Source: Octopus bimaculoides
Lineage: Eukaryota
Direction: 5' to 3'
DNA: 64,000 nt
Assembly (NCBI RefSeq): GCF_001194135.2
Contig: NC_068981.1
Location: forward strand, 124,667,953 to 124,731,952
Shown: piece by piece, positions 12,397-24,620 of the stretch
Position numbering within the stretch: the first letter of the stretch is position 1
Layout: each line of letters begins with the position of its first letter
Position numbers and translations under genes: made by a program
The notes under the pieces: model-generated
The model's input: the letters and a program-made list of their open reading frames with translations, nothing else
Told to the model about the DNA's origin: nothing
Databases searched by the model: none

Positions 12397-12488
12397 GGTG
12401 TTTTTAATGATATCGACTGCAGGCGATCTGATGACGATCGTATAGTATGGGAAGAATGGGAGGAATTTCTCAAGTCAAAACCTTTTTC
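12397..12488 (+). CDS. EF-hand Ca2+-binding protein, coding exon 2 of 3 (GVFNDIDCRRSDDDRIVWEEWEEFLKSKPF+tc)
   Basis: Long pyrimidine tract plus TTGTAG acceptor; 92 nt; donor TC|GTAAGT; phase 0 to phase 2 fits both neighbouring exons; EF-hand-like VFNDID...IVWEEWEEFL. Confidence 0.85.
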
Positions 12489-12987
12489 GTAAGTATATAG
12501 AAGACTGTATTCCATAAAACCTAAAATTCTAAAAACAAAAGGATACACCAGGCACATGCATCACAACCATATGTGCACGACATGGTGATTTCATATCAAG
12601 ATAAACAGCACATGACCTTGCAAGTGAGGCCCAGTTAGAATTTTCTTCAGATCGAGTAGCCCATCCCACTCAAAAGGTTTCTGAATAAAGGTTGTTTAAG
12701 AATGTTGAAAGAAGCACCCTTGTTTTCAAAGGTGAATTAGCCAAACCCCCAAAAATTCCTTTCAACACATTTCCCACTATTGCTCATGATCAGAGAAGCA
12801 TACATCGTCAGCCACTAAGGGATATGCTCAACTGGTTATGGTCAAACAACTGACAAGCAAATCTGTGGTATTGGGGATAATATTTGCTGTAACCCATTTT
12901 TTATACCAACACAAAACAATGTGCATGATAACACTTCCAATCAGTTAAGATCAGAAGCCATGAGAGCCACTGCATGGTACTGCATCA

Positions 12988-13013
12988 GTATTATTATAAT
13001 TATTATTATTATT

Positions 13014-13096
<83 letters not shown>

Positions 13097-13119
13097 TATT
13101 ATTATTATTATTATTATTA
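12988..13119. repeat. Compound (ATT)n(CAT)n(ATT)n microsatellite
   Basis: Direct observation. Confidence 0.95.
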
Positions 13120-13329
13120 GGGCGACGAACTGGCAAAATCGTTAGCCCACTGGTATTTCATCTGCTGCTACGTTCTGAATTCAAATTCCGCTGAGGTCGA
13201 ATTTGCCTTTCATCCTTTTGGAGTCGATAAATTAAGTACCGTTGAAACACTGGGATCGATGTAATTGACTAGTCCTCTCCCCCCAAATTGCTGCCCTTGT
13301 GGCAAGATTTGAAACCATTATTATTATTA

Positions 13330-13363
<34 letters not shown>

Positions 13364-13646
13364 CATGATGATGATGAAAGCTCTCAGCTTATTTTGCTGG
13401 GTACGATGGAAAGTGTTAGCTGTCCACAGCTAGCAAACTAAGGTAACACTCGTTTACTGGTCATACTTCAAGAACCCTGCGAAGAATTCTTGCAGTTGCA
13501 AGCAATGCTGATTTTTGTAGGTATTCTACCTTTACATTTGTACCAGATACTGTATTGTTGCAAGAAATCAGTAACTTTGTTATAAACTTAACAATTTCAC
13601 ATTTGCTTGATTTTTTTCTCATGCCTTCTTATATTTCTGATTTCAG

Positions 13647-13869
13647 TGACGTGCAAAAGGATGATCTTATAAAGGTGTTTGATGATGCTGACGCGGATGG
13701 CAATGGAAAACTCTGTTCGGCGGAATTATCGAACGGCTTATCTAAGAAGGATTATAGTAATGATGATATAGCCAAATTTATTACTGACTACGATACTGAT
13801 AGTGATAAACTTATAAGTAGGACGGAGTGGGTCAAAATGGTTGAGGATTATATAAAACAGAAAGCGTAA
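13647..13869 (+). CDS. EF-hand Ca2+-binding protein, coding exon 3 of 3 (two canonical-length EF hands, stop TAA). Spliced CDS is 426 nt / 141 aa.
   Basis: TTTCAG acceptor in phase 2 completes Ser68. Loops DADGNGKLCSAE and DTDSDKLISRTE. This is the 3' part of the 13555..13869 ORF in the track. Confidence 0.92.
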
Positions 13870-14049
13870 GCTACAGGTCGCCTTACGTTATGTCAAAATA
13901 CATCTCAAGGCTACTTACTGTTTACTTTGTTGTAGCGTTTTCTTAAGCATTTTGTTGTTATTTTTATCTTTTTTCATATGTTCCATTTTACCTCATTATT
14001 TTTACCTTATGTTAGATTTGTTATTCTATTCCATTTGCGACAAGGTTTC

Positions 14050-14055
14050 AATAAA
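14050..14055 (+). terminator. Polyadenylation signal AATAAA of the EF-hand gene (candidate)
   Basis: AATAAA about 180 nt after the stop, in a T-rich, repeat-free 3'UTR-like segment. Confidence 0.5.
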
Positions 14056-15499
14056 TTACCAGTGTACTTCGTTTATGAGTGCCGTGGGTACTCACAGTTT
14101 ATAATAGCATAGAAATACACTCAATTCAATATTTACGATGTTAAACAACTCAGCCGTACGTCATAGGACATTATTAATCTATTGGGAACTCAGCATGTCG
14201 ATTAAAAAGAAAAGACATTGACGATTTCCACACTCATCTTTTCCATCTTCTGTAACATGATGCATAAGCACTAATACGAGATAAATCAATAGCTTTCAAA
14301 AATCTACAAATACATACATACATACATACATACATACATACAAACATACATACATACATACATGCCTGTGTATATGTGAGTACACTTTGTTTTTTACTAT
14401 TTTTTCCATTTAAAAGGAGTTTTTTTATGCAACGGAATAGAATGAATAATTTGCTACCATAGAACAAAATAACATAAATTCGCTTTGTTACTGATCAGAA
14501 TAATAAATATGGTTTAATAAATAAAGAAATAGAATATCTTGAATGATAATAACACAATAACTTCAAGTATATTTTATTTTCCAAAATGTAAGAAACTCAT
14601 GTGGAAATATATATAAAAAATTTTTTAATCTTTTTTGCTATTATATTTTTGTTTTTATTTTATCCTTGCTTTAAACATTTTGGAAACTTTTGTCTGCATG
14701 TCACAGTGTGTGTGCACGTACGCATGTGTGTGTGTGTGTGTGTGTATTCTGCGTGTATTCTGCGTACTTTGAACAATGAATGGGTGAAAAAATACAAGGC
14801 TCTTTTCGCTTTCACACACTAAATCCGACATTTTTGAAAAGAGGTTATTCGTTGTAAAATAGTGCCTGTGAAGAAAGAAAAATAAGTCGCTGAGTTTGAC
14901 GCATGCAGTAGTTTTGAACCACATTGATATTTTCGGCCTCCTATCAGTAAACTGGTTCATTTCGGCGCGAAGTTGCTTTTTTTTATCAACTCGATATAGA
15001 CTCCAACTATGCAGCAAATGTATTTGACGGGGAAAATATCCTGGCACCATGTGACCCTATTTCTGCTTCCACAACATCTGCCACTTGTCATATAAATAAT
15101 GCTATATTCTGTGTTGTGATTGTCACAAAAAAAAACAAACATCATTCGAATACAGTACTCCCACACAAAACAGGTGATAAATGAAAGTCAAAAATATCGT
15201 TGTAAAGATCTATGAGTGTATAAGTAGAGAGAAAAAGAAAAAAAAAAGAATTCGTTTTGTATGATTATATTGTCGCAGGCATGGCCATAAGCACCGGCAT
15301 GGCTACATGGTAAGAACGTTACTTCTCAACCACATGGTTCCAGATTGCGTATTGTTCAGTTAGGACATATATGGTTCAGTAGTTGCTGATGTTACAAGCA
15401 TAACAGTTGTTGAATGATAAAACCAATAGGTCTTTTCTAGGAAAGATGATTCCAAACGATTTAAGTCAATAGCCATTTTCTCCAATTACTTTTATAACG

Positions 15500-16078
15500 A
15501 AATATTTTGGTTTCCTTCCATTTAACTTCATGAGCAAGTGCTTGTACAGTGATGTACAAGCTCCAGCAGTCGATCCTTGGAAGAGGAGAGGATGGTAAAA
15601 AGAAAGCCTAACTCGCTTTCTTCAGTTCGGTCTCTGTGCCTATCATCAACTATAGTCAAAAGTGTTGGGCAATAACCAAAAGAGTACAAAAGCAACAGAA
15701 ATGAGGTTCCTCCAGAAGGTCTCTGGAGTAATGTTACTCAACAGAGTTCGTCACTCGGAAATCAGGGGTCTCTCCTGATTGAGCCGCTACTTCTCCGCAC
15801 TGAGCGATCTCCTGTACTACGGGCATGTAATTAGAATATTTCAGGAAATAATCGCAATATGGATTCTTCAGGCCGAGCCCACCAGCAGGAGACCTAGAAC
15901 GATATGGTTGAATAATATCCATGGACTTAGTTGGTTGCATTTAGGAGTCCAGCAGGAAAATCTTATGATGGTTGCTTTTGATAGGACCCTGTGGAGGAGG
16001 TGCTCGAGAACTCTACTCTCACGGCCCTCCTAGGAATAGTGGGTAGTGAAGATGGATAGATTGATGGATGGATGACTT
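15500..16078 (+). mobile_element. RTE-clade LINE 3' fragment (post-RT region, GATG-type tail)
   Basis: ...EMRFLQKVSGV...YYGHVIRI...RRPRTIWLNNI...DRTLWRR. Related copies at 33490-33705, 36095-36260 (-) and 42390-42720. Confidence 0.7.
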
Positions 16079-16169
16079 CAAAAGAAACTAGATAAGTCGC
16101 TTGCAGAGATTTTGGGACAGCATCTTTGCGAAAAAATACCGTTTCTGCAGGGACGTGAACTTTAAAGTT

Positions 16170-17340
16170 ATGGAATAGATAGGTTACTGGTGGAATTTCT
16201 GTCTTGTAACTTCATAAAAGATGCTCGAACTGTGCTGGGTCTCCTACTGATATTGTGTTCAGTAGAACAATTATCTGTCAAAGTAATTTTAGAGAAAATC
16301 CTTAGCTTATTTTGCCGGTATCCAATTGATATCATCTTTAATTGTGGAACGAATTCCAAGAACCACAAATGGCAAGAACACGTACCATTTAGAAGGATTC
16401 GGTTAAACATTGAGAACCGCCTTGAATCGGTGTTGGAAACCTTCAGCAATGTTGTTAGCTTTCGGATTAAAGGTAGTAGTAGTAGTAGTAGTAGTAGCAG
16501 TAGCAGTAGCAGTAGTAGTAGTAGTAGTTCGAATCTTACTGCAACCATTCAGCTTTGAAAATTCAGGAAACAGAATACATTCGAATCGACGTTCTCTGTT
16601 AGTTGCAATTGTGGCTGGGGTTTTCAAGACCAAGAAATCCACTGGTGTCTAAAAGTTATGGTCACTGCTTCGTTAGTAATTTCAGTGAGAGGACTGGTTT
16701 CAGACTCCTAACTGTATCTGTTGATGCAGGTATGCATGTATGTAAAACCTTCTAAAACCTTGAGATTCAACGCTGTCGAGGTGTACATGATCAAATCTTG
16801 CGTCTGGTACCGCGAAATTCGGCATGAAGGTAAATCATTACTCTTGAACAAGAAATACAATTCTCTGTCAAATATCGAATGTCTTTGTTGATACCGGTCC
16901 AAATACGTCTAGATGGAATCAGTTTTCGCGTAGCAGCTATGCAGTGTAACAGTGAAACGCAGAGTAAGAATGACGACATTTTTATAATACATAGGGGCAC
17001 TGCTGTGGTGTGAAAGTGTACACTAAACAGATCCAGAGAACATAGGCAGAGACACCTGTTCGAAATGAAGAGAATATGAATTCTTATACATATCCTATAG
17101 TTCTTCGTCATCTTCATCCTCGTCATTAGCGATCTCTATGTATGATGACCATTGATGTGTCATCATACACATATATCTTCGGCAGAATTGTAAATTTCCT
17201 TGATATCATAGATGGCGTGTGTATACTGGGATACAAACTCCAACTGTCTAGTTATCCGAGAGAGTTTCTCTGCGAACTTTAGAAAAGTGTATGAGTGAGA
17301 TGTTTGTGACTGGTTTAAATCGAAAGAGGTCACATCCAGA
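16170..17340 (-). mobile_element. Ty3/Gypsy pol relic (RNase H end, integrase Zn finger, integrase core)
   Basis: RQLEFVSQYT; ATRKLI.SR.IWTGINKDIRY.TENCISC; PATIATNRERRFE...FSKL.GC.KIRTT..NPKAN..AE.F...FKAVL; W...LPFVVLGIRSTIKDD. Many stops and frameshifts. Confidence 0.8.
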
Positions 17341-17344
17341 GCAT

Positions 17345-17545
17345 TCGATACAAAACCGTTCTAAAAGATGACTATTTGATCTGTGGGTCTCCTATCGACG
17401 ACAAACTTCTTGGCAAGCACTTTTGCCAAAATCTTTAGCTCTGTGCTGAGCAGAGTTTTGGGCCCGAAATTGTCCATCATGTCCCTCTTGTTCAAATCCT
17501 TCCTCGGCCGTTTTCCTTCCACCCACCGGCGCACAATAGTTTCTG
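17345..17545 (-). mobile_element. L1/Tx1-type LINE reverse-transcriptase fragment
   Basis: DNFGPKTLLSTELKILAKVLA resembles the NFRPITLL...KILAKVLA motif of RT domain 0/1. Confidence 0.65.
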
Positions 17546-19349
17546 GTTTAGGATCAAAGCCTGCAGTTTTGGGAGGAATAGAGTGTTGTTGCATTAACCT
17601 CAGTACGAGCGTGGTACTTTATTTTATTGACCCAGCAAAGGGGTGAAAAGCAAAGTTAGCGTAGTAATAATAATGTTTCTATTTTGAGCAGAAAGCTAGC
17701 AATTTTAGAAGCATGCTGTTAGTCGATTACATTCATCCCTATACTTGATGTTGCATTCCTTCCTCTTGATGGCCTTCTTTTATATTAATGACCATTTCTG
17801 GTGTGTTATTAATTTATGTGAGGATTGGTTTCCCAGACATGACTGGTATAATCCATAATCCATGTTGTTCTCTACTTTCTTTTTTTTTCTTTTTGTTAAC
17901 TGTGTGTGCTCTAAGTATACGCTTGGATATGAGGTAAAGAGATTGAATTCCTAATATCTTTTTGTATTCTCTAAGTGAGCTATGTTAATATTAACCTTTT
18001 GCCTGTTCAAGGCATTTTCATAAGTTTGTCCTTAACATCCATGCTTGTTTTCAGACTTTTAGTTTACCCTCGTTTCACACATTCTGAATTTAAAAAAAAA
18101 AATGATATACAGACAAAGAATTAAGAATGATGGTTGGTTGTATTTGATGCCGAGAGGTGTTGAATTTGGTTGGTACTGCTTTTGATTCTGTTGTATTGTT
18201 ACCAGGTTTCCGAGGCGTAATGGGTGATGGTGGGGTATGATTGTCATCTCGTCTGCGGATCAGGTTGTCTGGATTTTGTACAGTAGAAGTGCAGTATAAA
18301 CGGTTTATCATGTATAAAGTGTGAATGAGAACGTATCCTTACCGACATGAATAATAGTTTGTTAGGCAATGTTCCATTTTATTTATTAAGTAAATAAATG
18401 AAAATGGAGACATTTTGTTGTTAGAATGAAGCTTGGAGCTGGAGAGAAAGGTGTGTATAGGCTGATAATGTCATAATTACTATTCGGCTGGGCTTTAAAA
18501 CTTATTATAATTTTGTATATTTTCCATATATATTCTATATTTTGGCAAGGATTGGTATGAGTTGATGATGTTGATGAATGCAATAATACCATCAGGATTT
18601 CGGTACGTGCTTGTAAATTTTGTCAAGCTTTGCAGTTTTAGTGTTTCCCTATTGTTGTCTAGTGTGAAGGTGTGTGGCCTAGTGGTTAGTATGTTGCACA
18701 CGTGATCGCGAGATTGTGACTTCAGTTACTGGACCAGTCGGTACGTTGTGTCCTCAAGCAAAGAACTTCATTTCATGTTGCTCTACGATCACTTCGACAC
18801 CTGACGTGTGGTACACCATGCACCTAGGCAATATCGATTTGGTGGAGGAAGTGAGTTGATATACAGCATAAACATTTCATCACTATAAAGAAATTATTTG
18901 TGCAGGTTGTTCAGCAAGAAGTTACAGGATCGTCTTTCTCGAACTACGAGAGACTACCATCATTGATTTCTGGTGAATGAAAGAGAGAAGAGATCAAAAT
19001 AATAACAGTAATTTAAGTCAGTGACAGCCCCGATTTCTATTTTCTATATTTTTATGAAGTATCTAAGGTACATGATTAATATTTCCATGGTAGGGTACGA
19101 TTTCAAGGAAATTTGACTTTCAGGTCAAATGACAGCGTAGAAGTTCTCACGTGGGTTCCAAAAGGATGAAGGTAGTGACTTAAAAGTCCGTCATATTTTC
19201 TCTCTTCTCTGTCGCGTCCCCTTCCCCTTTTCTTTCTTTTTCTCCCTCCCCCACCTTTTTTTACAGGTGCCAGATGTTCCTCCTTTCTTTCTTTTCTTCT
19301 CACAGGTGCTAAGTGTCCCTTCTTTCGTTCTTTATCTCTCACTTTTTCT

Positions 19350-22222
19350 TTCACAGGTGCCAGATGTCGGGCCGTCGGCAACTAAACCGACAACCTCATA
19401 GAGCTTGCTCTGTGAGGAGGGTGTTTTTATTTTTTCTTGCTATTTGGTTACCCTGCAGGATTAATTACAAGACCTGTCAAAGGGCGGATGAACTCTGAAA
19501 AGCCAACAGCCATCCAAATAAGCAATTGTCTTTACAAGTTATGCTGCTTATTAAGCCCTTAAACTATAAAGACAACAGCGATAAATAACAACTTCGCTGC
19601 CTTGAAGCAATAACCACTTAAGGGAAAGACTTTGGGAGTAAACCCCGAGGATAAATCAGGAACCATGTATCGCATGCGCAACTACCGATCTCCCACGAAA
19701 ATCTGTTCAGGCCTGTGCCCTGGAAAGGACACTCCAGCGCCGTCTAACCGCAGTGGTAAAACACGGAAAGCAGCAGTCTACCGGTTTTAAGCCTGCACAT
19801 AATTGGTATAAGAACAAGGCGCCAGGGTCTGCTTTCGACAGAGGAAGAGGCCACTGTGTCTCATTGGACAGATACCGCCTGCCTCAAGTTGGGCAGCCCC
19901 CAGCCAGTTAGGTGCTGTTCTGTCGCAACCCACCTATTCCACTGAGTGCGTGGCGCTTAGGAGAACCAACATCTCGAACCGTGAGCTGTAAACATTGCAC
20001 TATGAAAAATGAACAAGTAAACAAGCAACGCAACGCAAAAAAACAGCATTCAGACTCGGATGTTAGAACATAAGAAACATGACAACTTGTCTGTTAGAGG
20101 ACCTTCGAAAAATCAGCAACACACGCAAGACAGCAGCGATCAACAACGAACTGCTACGACTACGAGTGGACATTGCAGTACTCCAGGAACGAGAATCCTA
20201 GACCCGGGGACCCTTCGTGAAAGAGATATCTTTTTCTGGCTGTGAAGAACTCTCTACTAAAATTGGTAGAACTCAACAGTAACGGTTCAGAGCGGACACA
20301 CTCATTTCTATTGTACACTTCTGATGGGCCTATCAACCTTATCAGTGCTTATGCAGAGGGGAAGTTATCAAGGACAAAATAGAGCAGCTGGAGAGATGGG
20401 TGTAACATTGTTCCGAACTCTACGCCAAAGAAAAAAAAAATCATCTTAGACAGTGCGCTAGACACTGTAGAGCACCTACCTGTAATGGAGGAGCTGGAAG
20501 CACTACCAAATGCTGAGAACTGAGCAGAGCCATTGATGGCTTGCCCACTAGAAAAGCACCAGGCTTGGATGGCATCCCATCAGAATTCATTAGATATGCA
20601 AGGAGAGTTCTACTTAGCCACTTGCTCAAGCTACTGTGTCAGTACTGGGAGGAGTGATCAGTACCGCAAGACATGAAAGACTGCAACAATGTCACCCTAT
20701 ATAAGAACGAACGAGACAAAAGCAACTTAATAGCTACCGAGGCATCTCGTTGTTAAGTATCGTTGGGAAAATCTTTGCCCACTTGACCCTGAATAGGCTA
20801 CAGAAAATCGCTGAGAGGGTATACCCCGAATCTCAGTGTGGTTTCAGAGCAATACACTCCACCATCAACGTGATCTTCTCTTTCCGACAGCTGCAAAAAA
20901 AATGTGCTGAGAGCAAAGACAACCACTCTTTATGACCTCCATCGACCTCACAAAGGCTTCTGACCTAGTCAGTCGAGACGGCCTGTTCAAAATCCTTGCC
21001 AAGATTGGCTGCTCTCCAAGACTTCTCAGGATTGTTCAATCATTTCACACGGACATGAAAGCATCGTTCAATTTGGTGGCTCTTTTTCAGAGGCATTCAA
21101 CATACGCAGCAGCATGAAACAGGGCTGTGTACTTGTCCCCAACCTATTTGGCATTTTCGTTGCAGTCATGCTGAAACATACAGTTGGGACATCAATTGAT
21201 GGTGCTTACGTCCACACCAGGTCAAAAGGAGAACTGTTTAGTCTGTTGAAGCTGAAAGCAATTCGAAAGTGCTCCAGATACTCGTCAGAGAAACGCTGTT
21301 CGCAGACGATGCAGCACTGACAGCACTTTCTGAAGAGCAAATGCAGCACTTCGTGGACAAACTTTCAAAGTCCTGCAAGGAATTCAGCCTTACTATCAGT
21401 TTGAAGAAGACCCAAATAATGGGTCAAAGTATCAAGCACGCCCCCACAAGTTGGAGGTAGTCCATGAATTCACCTATCTCGGCTCTGCCATCGCTGATGA
21501 CCTTTCCCTGGACCCTGAGATCAACAGGCAATTCGGTCAAGCATTCTCCACATTTGCCAGGCTCACGAAGAGAGTCGAGAACAAAATACTGGCTGCAAAC
21601 ACCAAAATTGTTGTCTATAAGGCGTGCGTCCTTAGTACGCTACTTTATGGTAGTGAGTGGCGTCCCAACGTCTTTCACACACATCTTGGGCATCAAGTGG
21701 ACCGATCACATCACCAACACCGAAGTCCTCAACTAATCCAAGACACAAAATACACATCTTGCTCCAGCAGCGTCGTTTGCGCTGGCTCGGTCATGTTCAT
21801 TGCATGCCAGACGGAAGGATCCCAAAAGACCTCCTGTATGGGGAATTGGCTACCGGCACAAGAGCACGGGGACAATCTCATCTTCGTTTCAAAGATGTCT
21901 GTAAGAGAGACATGAAGTCGCTTGATCTGGACGTCCTGAGATGGGAGGAAGTTGCAAATGATCTCTCACACTGGAGGCAAATACTGCGAAAGGGAATGAA
22001 GAGAGCGTAAGAAAAACAGGTACTCGCCATCAGAGAAAAGCGCACTCGACGGAAGGAAAAATCAGCAGCACTGGCAGAGAGCTCCTTCGAATGCACTCGC
22101 TGTATGCGTGACTGCCGCTCCCGTGTGGATTTGTAACAGCCACAATAGACGCTGCAGCACCATCAGCAGCTGACACGATTTCTTTGGGTGCAGATCTATG
22201 GCGACGGATGCCTACTACTACA
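19350..22222 (+). mobile_element. Near full-length but decayed RTE (BovB-like) LINE: APE endonuclease, RT and C-terminal region
   Basis: RKTAAINNELLRLRVDIAVLQE; QCGFRA..STI..IFS.RQLQ.KC; IDLTKA.DLVSR; KQGCVL.P.LF; LFADDAAL (about 21299); EVVHEFTYLGS; QRRLRWLGHV..MPDGRIPKDLLYGEL; C-terminal CxxC; CGGATGCC(TAC)n tail. Many frameshifts. Confidence 0.92.
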
Positions 22223-22614
22223 ATCGTCCCTATTCAGCCTAGCTAAAAAGGTATTAACTCTCTACAACATACCGTTTCATGCATAGCACACCCAATTTTT
22301 AAGTCATTAATTGTCTAGAAATTACTTCGTAACAACTGAAGACATTTAACAGGCTTAAATTTAAAACAAAAAAGAAAAAATTTTCTGTATCCTTGTATGA
22401 TCAGCTTCACTTTTATATTCACTGTAACAACACAGGACAAAAACATTACGGATCTTGTTAAATTTCTTCTAACTAGTTGAAGTTTTTCAAATTTATGCTA
22501 AAACATATACGAATAAGAGTGATCTTCTAGATTTGTCGGACTCTCTTTACTATCTCTCTCTCTCTCTCTGTGTGATGGACTTCTTTCAGCTTCCGCCTAC
22601 CAAATCCATTCACA

Positions 22615-22915
22615 ATGTGGAAACGTTTCTCATGGTCCCAGCGGACAAAATGGAAAAGATGTTGCTCTGGAGGATGGTGTAGGAGATGCGCTGGAACAGC
22701 CACTCTAACTCAAGGAGTTCACACTTGTTGACAGTCATCTCCGCCCCGATAGCGGTGAGCAGGAATACCATCCGGGGGCCAAGAGCGCCGGAGGTCTCCA
22801 CTGTCATAGTACAGCGACCGATATCTTGAAAGTTTGCTTTTCTCAGCCTAGCGCGCTGACTACGCCAAGTTGCTGCTGAAGGTGTCACAGCATGGGGCAT
22901 CCCTGTTGAAAGTCG
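22615..22915 (-). mobile_element. CRE-clade (restriction-like endonuclease) non-LTR 3' fragment
   Basis: VETSGALGP...FL..IG...WLFQRIS..I.QSN..SIL resembles the RLE C-terminus of CRE/SLACS-type elements. Confidence 0.6.
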
Positions 22916-23337
22916 ACGATGATCATTTTTTCCCCCTTGGAAATTGAAGACAGAAAGTTAGAAGCATTTAGAATTGTAATTTTAATCAATCGAAGAGGTC
23001 CACTGCAACCTATCTCAGGTCAGAGCTATCATCTATCATAGAAATAACCAAAGACAACGAAGACAAAACCTTTACATGGTCTTCCGACCTGCTAGAAACG
23101 GCAGCCAAATCTTCCTTAAATTATACCATGGAGTCCAAAAAAAACGATAATAACGACACATTATGACGTAGTTGGAGATATTGGTACTTTTCATTCAAAC
23201 ACAATTTTTATCCTTGGGTAGCAACTGTTACTTCGTATTTGCTTACCCCTAGAAAGTATGAAAAATAGTTAATATTTCCTTCAAATTTTGCTTTTGTTAC
23301 ATTTATTCAAACCCCAAAGAATCTCTCTCAACACATG

Positions 23338-23688
23338 TTGTTGTTGGCACTCCGTCGCTTACGACGTCGAGGGTTCCAGTTGATCCAATCAACGGAACAG
23401 CCTGCTCGTGAAATCAACGTGCAAGTGGCTGAGCACTCCACAGACACGTGTACCCTTAACGTAGTTCTCGGGGATATTCAGTATGACACAATGTGACAAG
23501 GCTGACCCTTCCAAACAGGAAGTAAGAGTGAGAGAAAGTTGTGGTGAAAGAGTACAGCAGGGTTCGCCACCATCCCCTGCCGGAGCCTCGTGGAGCTTTA
23601 GGTGATTTCACTCAATAAACACAACGCCCGGTCTGGGAATCGAAACCGCGAGTCCGCTGCCCTAACCACTGGGCCATTGCGCTTCCAC
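23338..23688 (-). mobile_element. tRNA-derived SINE family A
   Basis: Highly similar to 2001-2372; 11-bp TSD CTCAACACATG (23327-23337, 23689-23699). Confidence 0.9.
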
Positions 23689-24401
23689 CTCAACACATGG
23701 TTATAACACTATCCCACTACTCCTGCTCATGAGCAGAGATGCACTATTGTCAGCCACTAAGGGACATGCTAAAGTGGTTAAGATCAAGCAACGGACAAAC
23801 AAATCTGTGGCATTGAGCAGAATATTTGTTTTAACGATATTTCTGCTCCAGCAACTCAACGCTGAATCTGTCTGAAAGGTAATGGAAAATAGATCAGTTT
23901 CAAAACATGGATGGGGAATAGTAGTCATTTCTTTTGACTTCCAGCTAGAAGCAAATAGGAAATAACACTTACTGGCCAAAGACAAAAGAAAAAAGTAAAA
24001 AATTTGTTACACAATGTACAGTATTAATACATCGTTATATGGTTTTAACAGCAACACTTAATATGTCGATAACATGTAATTATAAGCATTGCATGTATTA
24101 ATAACAAACGTGTTCAGCGCTATGTTTACAGTAATTTTAATTCAAATTCTTCACTTTCTTCCTAGCAAAAAGCCGTTTATTTTACCTAAAATCTAAGTAT
24201 GGTTAATTTGGAAAATTTAAATCACAATACACACACACGTGGCTGTGTGATAAGAAGCTTTCTTCCCAATCATATAGTTCCGGGTTCGAGCCCATTGAGT
24301 GGCACCTTGGGCAAATGTCATCTACTATAAGATTCAGGCCGACCAATGTCTTGTGGTTGGATTTGGTAGACAGAAACTGAAAGACGCCCGCTGTGTATAT
24401 A

Positions 24402-24620
24402 CAGGGTCCGGCAAAATTATCTGACGCATTTTTGGATTTTAAAAAAATTTTAAAAGTAAAGAAACAAAAATAATAATTTATTTTTGAAAAGTACATATAA
24501 TGCCATTTTGTTTCATTTGGTTTTAAAAATTAAATCAGTAAAATGGGAGCCGTCATTGTCCACACACTGTCGAAGGCGTTCATGAAAGTTGTCCATAACT
24601 CGGCGGATCATTTCATGAGG
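24402..24620 (-). mobile_element. Tc1/mariner end: TIR plus transposase C-terminus; rest lies in the gap
   Basis: TA|CAGGGTCCGGCAAAATTATCTGACG terminus; PHEMIRRVMDNFHERLRQCVDNDGSHFTDLIFKTK*. Confidence 0.75.

Noticed and set aside
17750-18700. Possible second Penelope-like fragment on the minus strand
   Set aside because: Only vague motif resemblance; too degraded to support.
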